Shown one piece after another: positions 1 through 9,008 of a stretch of 64,000 nt of DNA; the stretch's first letter is position 1, and each line of letters begins with the position of its first letter. The position numbers and the translations under genes are program-made. The notes under the pieces are model-generated. The model saw nothing but the letters and a program-made list of their open reading frames with translations, ran no database searches and was not told where the DNA came from. Source of the DNA: Clostridia bacterium (GTDB lineage Bacteria > Bacillota > Clostridia > Oscillospirales > CAG-272); the NCBI GenBank assembly GCA_017531925.1, contig JAFXKD010000048.1, positions 103 through 64,102 on the forward strand. The letters are read 5' to 3'.

Positions 1-4
1 CCAT
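1..4 (-). CDS. rplL: Probable start codon of the ribosomal protein L7/L12 gene; the rest lies left of the window
   Basis: CAT at 2..4 (ATG on - strand) lies 8 nt downstream of GGAGG (complement of 13..17), directly after rplJ. The rplJ-rplL order is conserved. Identity rests on synteny only. Confidence 0.35.
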
Positions 5-79
5 TTTTAAATCCTCCAAAATTCAATAAAAATTTTTGTGTTTATTATGCGATTTTTTTACGCGGTGATCTTTTGCAGA

Positions 80-610
80 TTATTCTGCAGCGGGAGCTTC
101 CTCTGCGGGAGCAGCTTCTCCGTCCTTGTCGATAATTGCCTGAATAGCATATGCAAAGCCGTAAAGAGGGCTCTGGATGCTTCCAAGGAATTTCGCAATA
201 AGTGTTTCTCTTGAGGGAATGTCAGCGAGTGCATTAACCGTAGCTTCATCAACTACTGCGCCGTCAACGTAACCTGCAAGAATCTGGAACGACTTAACCT
301 TATCTGCGTATTTCTTAAGGATCTTTGCGGGAGCAACCGCGTCATCCTTGGAAATAGCGATAGCAGTCATACCAGAAAGATACTGCTTCATTTCGCCGTA
401 ACCTGCATCCTCGCAAGCTCTGCCTGTAAGGGAGTTCTTAACTACCTTATAGTCAACGCCTGCCTCACGGAGTTCCTTACGCATTGCTGTATCAGCATCA
501 ACTGTGATACCCTGGTAATTTACAAGAACACCGGAAACAGATTCTTTGATCTGAGCAGAAAGTTCAGCAACGACCTGTTGCTTCTTTTCAAGTATTACTT
601 TACTTGGCAT
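80..610 (-). CDS. rplJ: 50S ribosomal protein L10
   Basis: 176-aa ORF MPSKVILEKKQQVVAELSAQIKES... typical of bacterial L10. AGGAGG RBS lies just upstream on the - strand. Confidence 0.95.
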   Translation of the reverse strand: MPSKVILEKKQQVVAELSAQIKESVSGVLVNYQGITVDADTAMRKELREAGVDYKVVKNSLTGRACEDAGYGEMKQYLSGMTAIAISKDDAVAPAKILKKYADKVKSFQILAGYVDGAVVDEATVNALADIPSRETLIAKFLGSIQSPLYGFAYAIQAIIDKDGEAAPAEEAPAAE

Positions 611-777
611 TGTACTTTCCTCCTGTTAATTTAACGAATGTAATAAAAAAATCCTTCCATAAAGGCATAGCACCCCAAGGAAAGACTCACATTAACATAA
701 ATATTAAGGTATAAAATCTTCCTCGGCAGGAGAGCTTGCGCCTTTACCGGAACCTGCTGTCTTTGGATAACACAAGT
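611..777 (-). promoter_or_regulatory. Probable ribosomal-protein L10 leader (autoregulatory 5' UTR of rplJ-rplL)
   Basis: About 165-nt untranslated leader between a consensus promoter (778..805) and the rplJ start. Firmicute rplJ operons carry an L10(L12)4-binding leader at this position. The fold was not verified by me. Confidence 0.5.
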
Positions 778-805
778 ATTATACCATATTTTCTGTATTT
801 GTCAA
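778..805 (-). promoter_or_regulatory. Sigma-A type promoter for rplJ
   Basis: On the - strand: TTGACA (800..805), 16-nt spacer, TGgTATAAT extended -10 (TATAAT = 778..783). Confidence 0.65.
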
Positions 806-840
806 TAGTTTTTTTAAAATATTTTGAATTTTTTGCATAT

Positions 841-868
841 TTTTTGCCCCGACGGTAAGTGTCGGGGC
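841..868. terminator. GC-rich hairpin downstream of the GNAT gene (terminator-like)
   Basis: gccccgac-ggtaagt-gtcggggc perfect 8-bp stem at 846..868. On the - strand RNA it is followed by A's rather than U's, so intrinsic-terminator function for the - strand operon is uncertain. Confidence 0.45.
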
Positions 869-879
869 ATTGTGCTTTT

Positions 880-1326
880 TTAAAGTCTTTTGATATACAC
901 GCGGGAGGGCTCTCCCTCGATATCATTCATTTCGCAAAGGAAGGAATAGCCGTATTTTTCGTACAATCCTATGTGGTTTGTTGAAATATGCACTGCTTCT
1001 GCTCCGTCCTGCTTTGCAAGTGCCTCCGCGTGTGAGAGCAGCTTACCTGCGAGCCTTTTTCCTCTGTGAGAGGGGAAGATATATAAAAATCCTATCCACG
1101 GAGTGAGGTCGGTGGGTTGAATATCATCTTTTTGAGCCAAAGTGCAGAAGCCGAGCAGCTCTTCACCCTCTGTGAGCAAAAGCACGCGAGCTTCTCCAAC
1201 AAGTTCGGACAGCTTATCTTCTTTTAACAGATAGTGGAGGTAATCCGCCGCTCCCCAATCTCCCTTGGAGATTTCGGAGAGCCAATGCTCTTTATTTTCC
1301 GACAAAAAATAATCAAAAATTATCAT
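880..1326 (-). CDS. GNAT-family N-acetyltransferase
   Basis: 148-aa ORF with an acetyl-CoA binding-type motif (..IFPSHRGKRLAGKLLSHAEALAK..). It starts 4 nt after the aspartokinase stop. Confidence 0.85.
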   Translation of the reverse strand: MIIFDYFLSENKEHWLSEISKGDWGAADYLHYLLKEDKLSELVGEARVLLLTEGEELLGFCTLAQKDDIQPTDLTPWIGFLYIFPSHRGKRLAGKLLSHAEALAKQDGAEAVHISTNHIGLYEKYGYSFLCEMNDIEGEPSRVYIKRL

Positions 1327-1329
1327 ATT

Positions 1330-2649
1330 CTATCCATTTACAAATTCATTATATATTGCTTTTACAGCTCTTTCGTAATCGCTTTCATAAACTGCGATAA
1401 CGATACAAAGCTCGCTTGAGCCCTGGTCGATCATTCTCACGTTGACTCCCGCGCCCGAGATGGCGGAGAATATACGTGCCGCAGTACCCTTGGACTCCCT
1501 CATTCCGCGTCCTACCACGGCGATGAGAGCAAGCCCTGTATCAATGGTTATATTGTCTGCGTCAGTTACTCTGTGAAGCTCGGGAATGAGGTCATCGAGC
1601 TTATTATTAAGCTCTGACGTGCTTACGATATGGCTCATCGTATCTATTCCCGAGGCAAGATGCTCCGTATGGATAGCGTAGCTGTCAAGGCATCTGAATA
1701 CTCTTGCGGCAAAGCCGAACTCTGCGCCCATTCGGTTCTTTTCGATATTGATGACCGAAAAGCCCTTTTTACCCGCAACGCCGGTTATGACCTGCTTACT
1801 CTCATGTGTGTGCGAATTGGGAACGATGAGCGTGCCCGCATCCTCGGGGTGATTCGTGTTTCTTATATTGATAGCTATGCCTTCCTTTTGCACGGGAAAG
1901 ATGGAATCCTCGTGAAGCACGCCCGCGCCCATATATGAAAGCTCTCTCAGCTCTCTGTAGGTTACGGTGGAGATGGGAAGGGGAGAGTCAACTATTCTTG
2001 GGTCAGCCATAAGAAAGCCCGAAACGTCCGTCCAGTTCTCATAAAGATCTGCGCAAGCCGCTCTTGCGACGATCGAGCCCGTTATATCCGAGCCGCCGCG
2101 CGTAAATGTCTTTATTGTGCCGTTGGGCATTGAGCCATAAAATCCGGGAATAACGGCTCTTTCGTGGTATTTAAGCTCATTTTTCATAGCTTCATTCGTC
2201 TTTTCCTCGTCAAACTCGCCGTTATCCTTGAAAAATATAACATTTTCAGCATCAATAAAATCGAATCCGAGGTATTTTGCAAGTATGAGACTGTTGAGGT
2301 ATTCGCCTCGGCTTGCGGCAAAGTCGCGTCCCGAGCGCGCCATCATAGCGTTCTTGATGTATTCAAGCTCGCCCATAATATCGAAATCAAGACCGAGTCC
2401 GCAGATGATATCGGTGTATCTGTCAACGATCTTCTGATAGTAGTCCGTAATATCCTCGCGGCTTCTTATCATATTATAGCAGGTATAAAGCATATCCGTG
2501 ACCTTTTCGTCCGTATCCGTTCTTTTACCGGGTGCGCTCGCAACAACGTATCTGCGCGCGGGATCTTCCTTTATTATGCTTGCCACACGCTTGAAATGCT
2601 CGGTATCGGAGAGTGACGAGCCGCCGAATTTTACTACCTTTAACTGCAT
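1330..2649 (-). CDS. Aspartate kinase (monofunctional, YclM/AK-III-like)
   Basis: 439-aa ORF MQLKVVKFGGSSLSD...VVASAPGKRTD..., an amino-acid-kinase N-terminus with ACT-like C-terminal repeats. Confidence 0.9.
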   Translation of the reverse strand: MQLKVVKFGGSSLSDTEHFKRVASIIKEDPARRYVVASAPGKRTDTDEKVTDMLYTCYNMIRSREDITDYYQKIVDRYTDIICGLGLDFDIMGELEYIKNAMMARSGRDFAASRGEYLNSLILAKYLGFDFIDAENVIFFKDNGEFDEEKTNEAMKNELKYHERAVIPGFYGSMPNGTIKTFTRGGSDITGSIVARAACADLYENWTDVSGFLMADPRIVDSPLPISTVTYRELRELSYMGAGVLHEDSIFPVQKEGIAINIRNTNHPEDAGTLIVPNSHTHESKQVITGVAGKKGFSVINIEKNRMGAEFGFAARVFRCLDSYAIHTEHLASGIDTMSHIVSTSELNNKLDDLIPELHRVTDADNITIDTGLALIAVVGRGMRESKGTAARIFSAISGAGVNVRMIDQGSSELCIVIAVYESDYERAVKAIYNEFVNG

Positions 2650-2699
2650 AATCCAATTCCTTTCTGAAAATAACGTCGCTAATCGGTGAAATTAATAAC

Positions 2700-2729
2700 A
2701 ATATATGCATTTTTGTTCCACCTTGTCAA
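2700..2729 (-). promoter_or_regulatory. Candidate sigma-A promoter for the aspartokinase gene
   Basis: On the - strand: TTGACA (complement of 2724..2729), 18-nt spacer, TATATT (complement of 2700..2705). Confidence 0.4.
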
Positions 2730-2797
2730 ATAAACACATCTATTGTATCACAAAACTTTGAATAAGTAAAGACAAAACCTTAAATTTTACACAGGCT

Positions 2798-2830
2798 TTG
2801 ACAATATTTGCTCTCGGTCGGGATTATAAT
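2798..2830 (+). promoter_or_regulatory. Candidate spoIIG-type promoter (consensus hexamers with over-long spacer)
   Basis: TTGACA 2798..2803 and TATAAT 2825..2830 are separated by 21 nt, about 30 nt upstream of the spoIIGA start. Confidence 0.4.
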
Positions 2831-2861
2831 TTAATAAAGTTTGCTTGGGAGTTTAAAGGAT

Positions 2862-3722
2862 ATGGTTGTTTACGGCGATCTGCTCTTTCTGATAAATTTC
2901 AGTATGGATTTTTTATCCTTCTATTTTTTGTGTATTATCTTGCATAAGAGGCTGTCAACACTCAGAGTATGCATAGCGAGTGCTGTGGGCGGAATATACT
3001 CGGTAGCTTCGCTGTTCTTGGGCATTGGCAGGGAATGGTCGCTTATACTTGATGTTTCCGTGCCCGTGCTTATGTGTATTATTGCATTTGCTTCTAAAAA
3101 AACAGGTTGGTGTGAAATAATAAAGACCGTATTGCTTTACTTTTTCGTTTCCGCACTGCTTGGCGGCTTGATGACTGCGCTGTTTTACTTATTTAACCGT
3201 ATCGATTCCTTTGCGCAGCAAATGGGGGCTGACGAGGGCATCGACGTGTGGATATTTACTATTCTGACCGTTGTTTCCTCGATATTTACCCTTAAGGGTG
3301 GGAGCTTTTTTCGCTCGTCTGCCGCGAGGAGGGAGGGGGAGCTTGTGATCTTTGGAGGCGGAGAAAAGAGCGTTAAGCTTCGTACGCTCATAGATAGCGG
3401 AAATCTTGTTAGGGAGCCTATAAGTGAGAGGGCGGTGGTGTTTGCCTCGCTCGAAGCCTGCGCGCCCTTGCTTGATCCCGCGCTTGTGGATGCGGTGGAG
3501 GGGAAAAGGGAGCTTGAGAGCTTGCCTTTTTCAATTCTTTCGGGAGTCAGGTTGGTGCCAAGCAAGACAATTGCGGGTGAGACGGTAGTGCCGGCGATCA
3601 GATTTAAGAGAGCAGTTTTGCGCGTGGGTAAGAGCTTTAAGGAGCTTGATATTTACATAGCCCTCGTATGCGGTATTGCTCTCGGTGGATACGAGGCGGT
3701 AATATCGCACGAGGCAGCATAA
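2862..3722 (+). CDS. spoIIGA: Sigma-E processing peptidase SpoIIGA
   Basis: Polytopic membrane N-terminus [22 protein letters not shown]... plus a C-terminal ..[11 protein letters not shown].. aspartic-protease motif. It lies immediately upstream of sigE. Start trimmed from the ORF-track TTG 2841 to ATG 2862. Confidence 0.85.
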   Translation: MVVYGDLLFLINFSMDFLSFYFLCIILHKRLSTLRVCIASAVGGIYSVASLFLGIGREWSLILDVSVPVLMCIIAFASKKTGWCEIIKTVLLYFFVSALLGGLMTALFYLFNRIDSFAQQMGADEGIDVWIFTILTVVSSIFTLKGGSFFRSSAARREGELVIFGGGEKSVKLRTLIDSGNLVREPISERAVVFASLEACAPLLDPALVDAVEGKRELESLPFSILSGVRLVPSKTIAGETVVPAIRFKRAVLRVGKSFKELDIYIALVCGIALGGYEAVISHEAA

Positions 3723-3747
3723 AAACGCATTATTAATGGAGAAAAAT

Positions 3748-4521
3748 ATGAAGATAAAGGGGAAATTATCCGCGCGGCTCCTTTGCGGCGCAAGAGGACT
3801 TAAGGGGAAGATAAAAAAGGGGGCGCTTGAAATTAAGCTTGCTATTGCCAAGCTTCTGTCAAGGGGCGCGGAGGAGGGAGTGTATTACGTCAACGGGCCC
3901 GAAACACTGCCGCCGCCTCTGTCGAGGGAGGAGGAGGCGGAGTACATTGAAAATCTGCCGTTTGACGAGGGTGCGAGGGATAAGCTGATAGAGCATAATC
4001 TCAGGCTCGTCGTCTATATTGCAAAAAAATTTGAAAGCACGGGTATAGGCATTGAGGATCTTGTTTCCATAGGCACTATCGGTCTTATCAAGGCGATAAA
4101 TACCTTTCGCGCGGATAAAAATATAAAGCTTGCGACCTATGCTTCACGATGTATAGAAAACGAGATACTGATGTATATAAGGAAAAATTCGCAAACGCGC
4201 AGCGAGCTGTCGATTGACGAGCCCCTCAACGTGGATTGGGACGGGAACGAGCTTTTACTCTCCGACGTGCTTGGAAACGAGGAGGACAGCGTGTCCTATG
4301 AGCTTGAGCAGGCGGAGGAGAGAAGGATAATAAGGGAGGCTGTGGAGCGACTCGGAGAGCGCGAAAGGCAGATAATTGAGATGAGATACGGTCTTTTCGG
4401 CCGAAAGGAGATGACGCAAAAGGACGTTGCCGATGCGCTTGGGATCTCGCAATCATACATATCGAGACTCGAAAAGAAGATAATATCGGAGCTGAGGGCG
4501 GAAATAGAAAATAAAATCTGA
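3748..4521 (+). CDS. sigE: RNA polymerase sporulation sigma factor SigE (pro-sigma-E)
   Basis: ..[19 protein letters not shown].. pro-sequence junction plus sigma-70 regions 2-4 (..[13 protein letters not shown].., ..[21 protein letters not shown]..). ATG 3748 follows GGAG; ATG 3736 is an alternative. Confidence 0.9.
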   Translation: MKIKGKLSARLLCGARGLKGKIKKGALEIKLAIAKLLSRGAEEGVYYVNGPETLPPPLSREEEAEYIENLPFDEGARDKLIEHNLRLVVYIAKKFESTGIGIEDLVSIGTIGLIKAINTFRADKNIKLATYASRCIENEILMYIRKNSQTRSELSIDEPLNVDWDGNELLLSDVLGNEEDSVSYELEQAEERRIIREAVERLGERERQIIEMRYGLFGRKEMTQKDVADALGISQSYISRLEKKIISELRAEIENKI

Positions 4522-4548
4522 ATTTTTCAAAAAAATTCAAAAAAACTA

Positions 4549-4577
4549 TTGCAAAATATGTTTATTTGTGTTATAAT
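4549..4577 (+). promoter_or_regulatory. Sigma-A promoter for rpmE
   Basis: TTGCAA 4549..4554, 17-nt spacer, TGtTATAAT (TATAAT 4572..4577). Confidence 0.6.
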
Positions 4578-4623
4578 CATATGCAATGTGAATTATTTTG
4601 CTAAAAAGTGAGGTGTAAATAAA

Positions 4624-4833
4624 ATGAAGACAGGTATCCATCCTAAGTATGAAGAGGTTACTATCAAGTGTGCTTGTGGTGAAACAGTTACAACAAAGTC
4701 CACAAAGGGCGGAGAAGTAAGCGTTGAAATTTGCTCTAAATGTCATCCTTTCTTTACCGGTAAGCAGAAGTTTGTTGACGCCGGCGGTAGAGTTGACAAA
4801 TTTAAGAAGAGATTGCAGGCAAGCGGAAGATAA
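4624..4833 (+). CDS. rpmE: 50S ribosomal protein L31 (Zn-ribbon type A)
   Basis: [20 protein letters not shown]...[24 protein letters not shown]. Both CxxC pairs are present. Confidence 0.95.
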   Translation: MKTGIHPKYEEVTIKCACGETVTTKSTKGGEVSVEICSKCHPFFTGKQKFVDAGGRVDKFKKRLQASGR

Positions 4834-4872
4834 TCCGGCACCCTATCTCAGAACAGTACATTTCGCAACTAT

Positions 4873-4918
4873 GGGCAAGCTGTGTGCATTAGCACATACT
4901 TGCCCTATTTGTGTTTTT
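4873..4918 (+). terminator. Intrinsic terminator after rpmE
   Basis: Stem gggcaag...cttgccc (4873..4905) followed by a U-rich tatttgtgttttt. Confidence 0.6.
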
Positions 4919-4954
4919 ACAGGCGTATTTTGATTTATTGAGGTTTTAATTATT

Positions 4955-5746
4955 ATGGCGGAAAGCAAAATGCCCATTGCGGTCTTTGATTCGGGCCTTG
5001 GCGGGATAAGCGTACTGAAGGAGCTTGTAAGGCTTCTTCCAAATGAAAATTTCATATATTACGGCGATACCGCTAACGCGCCATACGGAATAAAGAGCGC
5101 GGACGAGGTGAGAGTTTTGACGTTTTCCGTCTATGAAAGACTGAAAAGCAGGGGAGTTAAGGCGTTCGTTATAGCTTGTAATACGGCGACGAGTGTTGCG
5201 GTAGCTGCTTTGCGCGAAAAATACCCCGATGATATAATTATCGGAGTTGAGCCCGCCTTAAAGCCTGCGGTCCTTTGCGCACCTCATCCGACGGTCGCTG
5301 TATTGGCAACACCGCTCACCTTAAGGGAGGAGAAATTTGCCTCTCTGATGGGCAGGTTTTCGGACAAGGCTAAGATCATACCGTTTGCCTGCGCGGGACT
5401 TGTTGAATTCGTGGAGCGCGGTGAGATCACGGGCGAGGGGCTGCAGGAGTTCCTTGACGGACTTCTTGCGCCGCTTAAGAGAGAGCAGCTTGACGCGGTG
5501 GTGCTTGGCTGCACTCACTATCCTCTTGTCAAGGATGCTATCCTTGAATCCCTTGGAGGCGGTGCGCTCATATTTGACGGTAGTGAGGGAACTGCGCGCG
5601 AGACGAAAAGGCGTCTTGAAGCGGCACGTCTTTTAAGTGATGGCACAGAAGGAAGTGTAATTTTTTTGGACTCCTCCTATCCCGACGTAGAAAACCCCGA
5701 GGCATCCGCTCTTTTGAGATTTGGAGGTGAATATTTATGCAGTTAG
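4955..5746 (+). CDS. murI: Glutamate racemase
   Basis: ..IAVFDSGLGGISVLKEL.., ..IACNTATS.., ..LGCTHYPL.. catalytic Cys motifs. Confidence 0.92.
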   Translation: MAESKMPIAVFDSGLGGISVLKELVRLLPNENFIYYGDTANAPYGIKSADEVRVLTFSVYERLKSRGVKAFVIACNTATSVAVAALREKYPDDIIIGVEPALKPAVLCAPHPTVAVLATPLTLREEKFASLMGRFSDKAKIIPFACAGLVEFVERGEITGEGLQEFLDGLLAPLKREQLDAVVLGCTHYPLVKDAILESLGGGALIFDGSEGTARETKRRLEAARLLSDGTEGSVIFLDSSYPDVENPEASALLRFGGEYLCS

Positions 5747-7053
5747 ATTTTAAAGAAGAAAAAGAACATATATCCAAGGCTATTCTTGTTGGAATAGTGA
5801 CGAGGGAAAGTTCCGCTGACGAGGTAGAAAAGGAGCTTGACGAGTTAGCACGTCTTCTTGATACCGCGGGTGGTGAGGAGTTTGCACGTCTTGTGCAGAA
5901 CAAGGAGACACCCGATCCGAGAACGGTGATCGGCAGCGGAAAGATCGCAGAGCTTTCGGAGCTTTGCAAAAACAATGGGATAAAGCTCGTTATCTTTGAT
6001 GCGGAGCTTTCTCCCTCACAGATCAGGAATATTGAGGACGATATAGGCGACGGAGTTCGCTGTATCGACCGCTCAATGCTCATACTTGACATTTTTGCTC
6101 TTCACGCGACCACGGGAGAGGGTAAGCTTCAGGTCGAGCTTGCTCAGCTCAAATATACTGCGCCAAGGCTTATCGGTAAGGGAACCGAGCTTTCACGTCT
6201 CGGTGGCGGTATCGGTACGCGAGGACCCGGTGAAAGCAAGCTTGAGAGCGACAGGCGTCATATGAAGCGCCGTATTACGGCTCTTGAGGAGGAGCTTCGC
6301 GAGCTTGAAAAGAACAGAATGACTATGCGCGCGAGCCGTGACAGGAGTCAGATCCCTCAGATAGCGATAGTGGGATATACCAACGCGGGAAAATCTACGC
6401 TTTTGAACACGCTTACGGATGCGGGAATTCTTGCGGAGAACAAGCTTTTTGCAACCCTTGATCCGACAACGAGAAAGCTAAAGCTGCCCTGCGGTGAGAC
6501 CGTTTTGCTTACTGATACGGTCGGTTTTATCAGGAAGCTGCCACATCACCTTGTAAAAGCGTTCAAGTCCACGCTTGACGAGGCGGTTTATGCGGATATT
6601 CTTATGATAGTTATTGACGCTCACGACGATGAGGCGAGGGCACAGCTTGACGTTACCGAATCGCTTCTTGCGGAGCTTGGCGCGGCGGGAAAGCCCACGA
6701 TCTACGTTTATAACAAGTGCGATCTTGGTATTTCCGCAGAGCTACCTTCCTATATTGCGAACAGCGAGGATCCTAACCGTGTGGTTTGCGCGATCTCTGC
6801 AAAGAGCGGGGAGGGGATCGACACACTTCTTGAAAAGATAGAAGCGATAATTCATCAGGGAAAGAGCCGTGTTACGTTTGTGATCCCCAATTCCGAGCAA
6901 TCCGCGCTCAACATTCTCTATAAAAACGCGACCGTTGAAAGCGTTGATTACGGTTATGAGGGCGTTACTGTTGTTGCGACCGTTGATGCTAAGGTCCGCG
7001 GTATGCTCAAAAAATATGATGTTAACAAGCCCGAAGAGGTTGAGGAGTTTTAG
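5737..7053 (+). CDS. hflX: GTPase HflX
   Basis: 438 aa with an HflX N-domain (..RLIGKGTELSRLGGGIGTRGPGESKLE..) and a G-domain (GYTNAGKSTL, DTVGF, NKCD). Overlaps the murI stop by 10 nt. Confidence 0.92.
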   Translation: MQLDFKEEKEHISKAILVGIVTRESSADEVEKELDELARLLDTAGGEEFARLVQNKETPDPRTVIGSGKIAELSELCKNNGIKLVIFDAELSPSQIRNIEDDIGDGVRCIDRSMLILDIFALHATTGEGKLQVELAQLKYTAPRLIGKGTELSRLGGGIGTRGPGESKLESDRRHMKRRITALEEELRELEKNRMTMRASRDRSQIPQIAIVGYTNAGKSTLLNTLTDAGILAENKLFATLDPTTRKLKLPCGETVLLTDTVGFIRKLPHHLVKAFKSTLDEAVYADILMIVIDAHDDEARAQLDVTESLLAELGAAGKPTIYVYNKCDLGISAELPSYIANSEDPNRVVCAISAKSGEGIDTLLEKIEAIIHQGKSRVTFVIPNSEQSALNILYKNATVESVDYGYEGVTVVATVDAKVRGMLKKYDVNKPEEVEEF

Positions 7054-7070
7054 TGTTAGTTAGTAAAGAT

Positions 7071-7174
7071 GTGGGGCTTTTTTGAAAAACTTCTCGCTGC
7101 GGCTCGGTCACGCTCGGGTAAAAACAACACACTGTGTTGTTTTTTAAGACCCTCGCGCCGCTTTGCTACCCCAC
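7071..7174. repeat. Long imperfect inverted repeat / extended hairpin element in the hflX-yigZ spacer
   Basis: Outer stem gtgggg (7071..7076) / ccccac (7169..7174). Internal GC pairings include GCGGC/GCCGC and GGGT/ACCC. A perfect 12-bp A/T-rich apex lies at 7120..7144 (aaaaacaacaca-c-tgtgttgttttt). Confidence 0.6.
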
Positions 7175-7410
7175 GCCCCGAAAAACTTTTATAAGTGGGT
7201 CAGTACTGACTCGGCGCAATTTTTCGATAATCGGTTTAAAAACCAATTATCGGTTTTGAAGATTCAACACCGCCCTTATGTGCAAGCACAACGGTCGGAA
7301 TTGAACCCTCAAAACTGCGAAAACATCTCTTTGCAGAGTTGTTTTCTAAAACTTGCTTTGTGTTTTTTCTTTCTATTGAGAGGAAGGCATTTATTGAAAG
7401 GAGTTAAGCT

Positions 7411-8043
7411 ATGGCTGAAAATGAAAAAGTGTATATAACCGTTCGAGGCTACGGCGAGGCTCGTTTTGAGGAAAAGAAGTCTGTTTTTATCGGATACTGC
7501 GAGCATGTGACGAGCGAGGAGGAGGCGCTTGCCTTTATTAAGAGGATAAAGGAAAAGCACCGCGATGCAACGCATAATTGCTACGGCTACACTATGAAGG
7601 GCGGGATACTTTGCCGATATTCCGATGACGGAGAGCCGCAGGGAACGGCGGGCAAGCCCATTCTTGACGTTTTGCAGCGAAGCGGCGTTGATGATGTTTG
7701 CGTTGTTGTGACAAGATATTTCGGCGGCACTCTGCTCGGCACGGGCGGACTCGTTCACGCGTATTCGCAGGGTGCAAAGATCGCTCTTGAGGCGGCAGGC
7801 ATTGCGCACTTTGAAAGCTATGCGGTATTTGAGGTTGTCTGTTCGTATTCCGACCATCAAAAAATCGCGTTTGAGCTTGAGAGACTTGATGCGATAATCG
7901 ATCTTACTGATTACTCGGATTGCGTAAGGGTGATATTTGCCGTAAAGACGGGATCTGCGGACATTATCGAAAGAAAAATAACTGAAATAAGTGCGGCAAA
8001 AAGCTCTGCAAAGCGCATTTGCGAGCGATTTGACGCGAAATAA
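7411..8043 (+). CDS. yigZ: YigZ / IMPACT-family (UPF0029) protein
   Basis: ..FEEKKSVFIGY..HRDATHNCYGY..DDGEPQGTAGKPIL..VVVTRYFGGTLLGTGGLV.. are hallmark motifs. GGAG RBS lies 8 nt upstream. Confidence 0.88.
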   Translation: MAENEKVYITVRGYGEARFEEKKSVFIGYCEHVTSEEEALAFIKRIKEKHRDATHNCYGYTMKGGILCRYSDDGEPQGTAGKPILDVLQRSGVDDVCVVVTRYFGGTLLGTGGLVHAYSQGAKIALEAAGIAHFESYAVFEVVCSYSDHQKIAFELERLDAIIDLTDYSDCVRVIFAVKTGSADIIERKITEISAAKSSAKRICERFDAK

Positions 8044-8097
8044 GAAATAAAAATAATCAAGGACTATCTGGAACCAACAGATCGTTCGCAAATTTTC

Positions 8098-8139
8098 AAG
8101 GCTCAAAGGATAATTCTTGAACAACGTCCTTTGAGCCTT
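8098..8139 (+). terminator. Hairpin after yigZ (weak terminator candidate)
   Basis: Perfect 13-bp stem aaggctcaaagga / tcctttgagcctt with a 16-nt loop. The downstream tract is A/T mixed, not a clean U-run. Confidence 0.4.
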
Positions 8140-8251
8140 AATTATATAAAAATTTTATAAAAATTAAAAAATCTCGTTTTGTGTCCTGTTTTTTTACACA
8201 AAAAATGATATACTAAAGATGAAATAAGCAATAAATCAAGGAGGAATAGAG

Positions 8252-8920
8252 ATGGACGTTGTAAAATTCGGTTCTTTTTTAAAGAAACTGCGCAAGGAAC
8301 ACGGTTTAACTCAGGAGGAGCTTGCGGAAAAATTAGGTGTGACAAACCGCACCGTTTCCCGATGGGAGACGGGTACCAATATTCCGGACGTTGACGTTTT
8401 AATATATTTGTCGGAGCTTTATCAGGTTGATTTAAAGGAGCTGCTTGACGGAGAGAAAAAAGAAATAGAACACAAAACTGAAGATACTCAAATCGTACGT
8501 CAGGTGGTTGAATACGAAGAAAAGAAAGAAGAGTATTCAATGCGCGGGATATTTTTAACCGTTGTGATGGGTGTGTCTTCAGTTGCAAGCTTATTTTATA
8601 CAACATCTCGTTTTTTTAAGGATGTAATAGGAGGCGGTGAGATCGTTCTAATATCTTTGATTGTCGCATTCCTGATATATAATATTTCGATGCAGGGATT
8701 TAAGCGATTGAGGAATGCATACGGATATAGAATTACCTTGACCGGAGGATTTTTGGCAATTCTTCTTAGCGATATTTTGATTTTGTGGCTGTTTTTTGGT
8801 GGCGGCTCGTATCATAATTACGGTATTTTAGGGTTGTATATTGTTTTGGGAATAGAAATTGTTACATTTGTATTGACTGCTATTCTTACGCAGGTCATTG
8901 TTAAACGTAAAGCTAAATAA
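8252..8920 (+). CDS. Membrane-anchored XRE-family transcriptional regulator (N-terminal HTH + 4 predicted TM helices; BcrR-like architecture)
   Basis: The N-terminus ..LRKEHGLTQEELAEKLGVTNRTVSRWETG.. is a classic HTH_3. It is followed by a charged linker and four hydrophobic ~20-aa segments. AAGGAGG RBS present. Confidence 0.8.
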   Translation: MDVVKFGSFLKKLRKEHGLTQEELAEKLGVTNRTVSRWETGTNIPDVDVLIYLSELYQVDLKELLDGEKKEIEHKTEDTQIVRQVVEYEEKKEEYSMRGIFLTVVMGVSSVASLFYTTSRFFKDVIGGGEIVLISLIVAFLIYNISMQGFKRLRNAYGYRITLTGGFLAILLSDILILWLFFGGGSYHNYGILGLYIVLGIEIVTFVLTAILTQVIVKRKAK

Positions 8921-9008
8921 AATAAAAAAAGGAAGGGGTGCTTCCAATGTTTCATTGATATATCATTCGTGATTCTAACTAAAATACATAAGTTAAGGAG
9001 ATGAAGAT

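Noticed and set aside
2724-2730. TGTCAAA resembling a Spo0A box (TGTCGAA) upstream of spoIIGA
   Set aside because: On the opposite strand it is the TTGACA -35 hexamer of a well-spaced promoter for the divergent aspartokinase gene, which explains it more simply.
4522-4954. Expected sigG immediately after sigE, as in many spore formers (spoIIGA-sigE-sigG)
   Set aside because: The downstream gene is clearly rpmE with its own promoter and terminator. Absence of sigG here is a locus-order difference, not evidence of loss, because sigG may lie elsewhere.
7069-7194. 41-codon ORF (MWGFFEKLLAAARSRSGKNNTLCCFLRPSRRFATPRPEKLL) spanning the long hairpin element after hflX
   Set aside because: There is no Shine-Dalgarno sequence upstream. 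The ORF coincides exactly with an inverted repeat, so its openness is probably incidental. It is kept only as part of the non-coding-element finding.
7309-8124. 271-aa ORF on the - strand covering the whole yigZ locus
   Set aside because: It is antisense to an ORF with unmistakable YigZ/IMPACT motifs. It has no RBS and a low-complexity, Arg/Leu/Ser-heavy composition typical of shadow ORFs.
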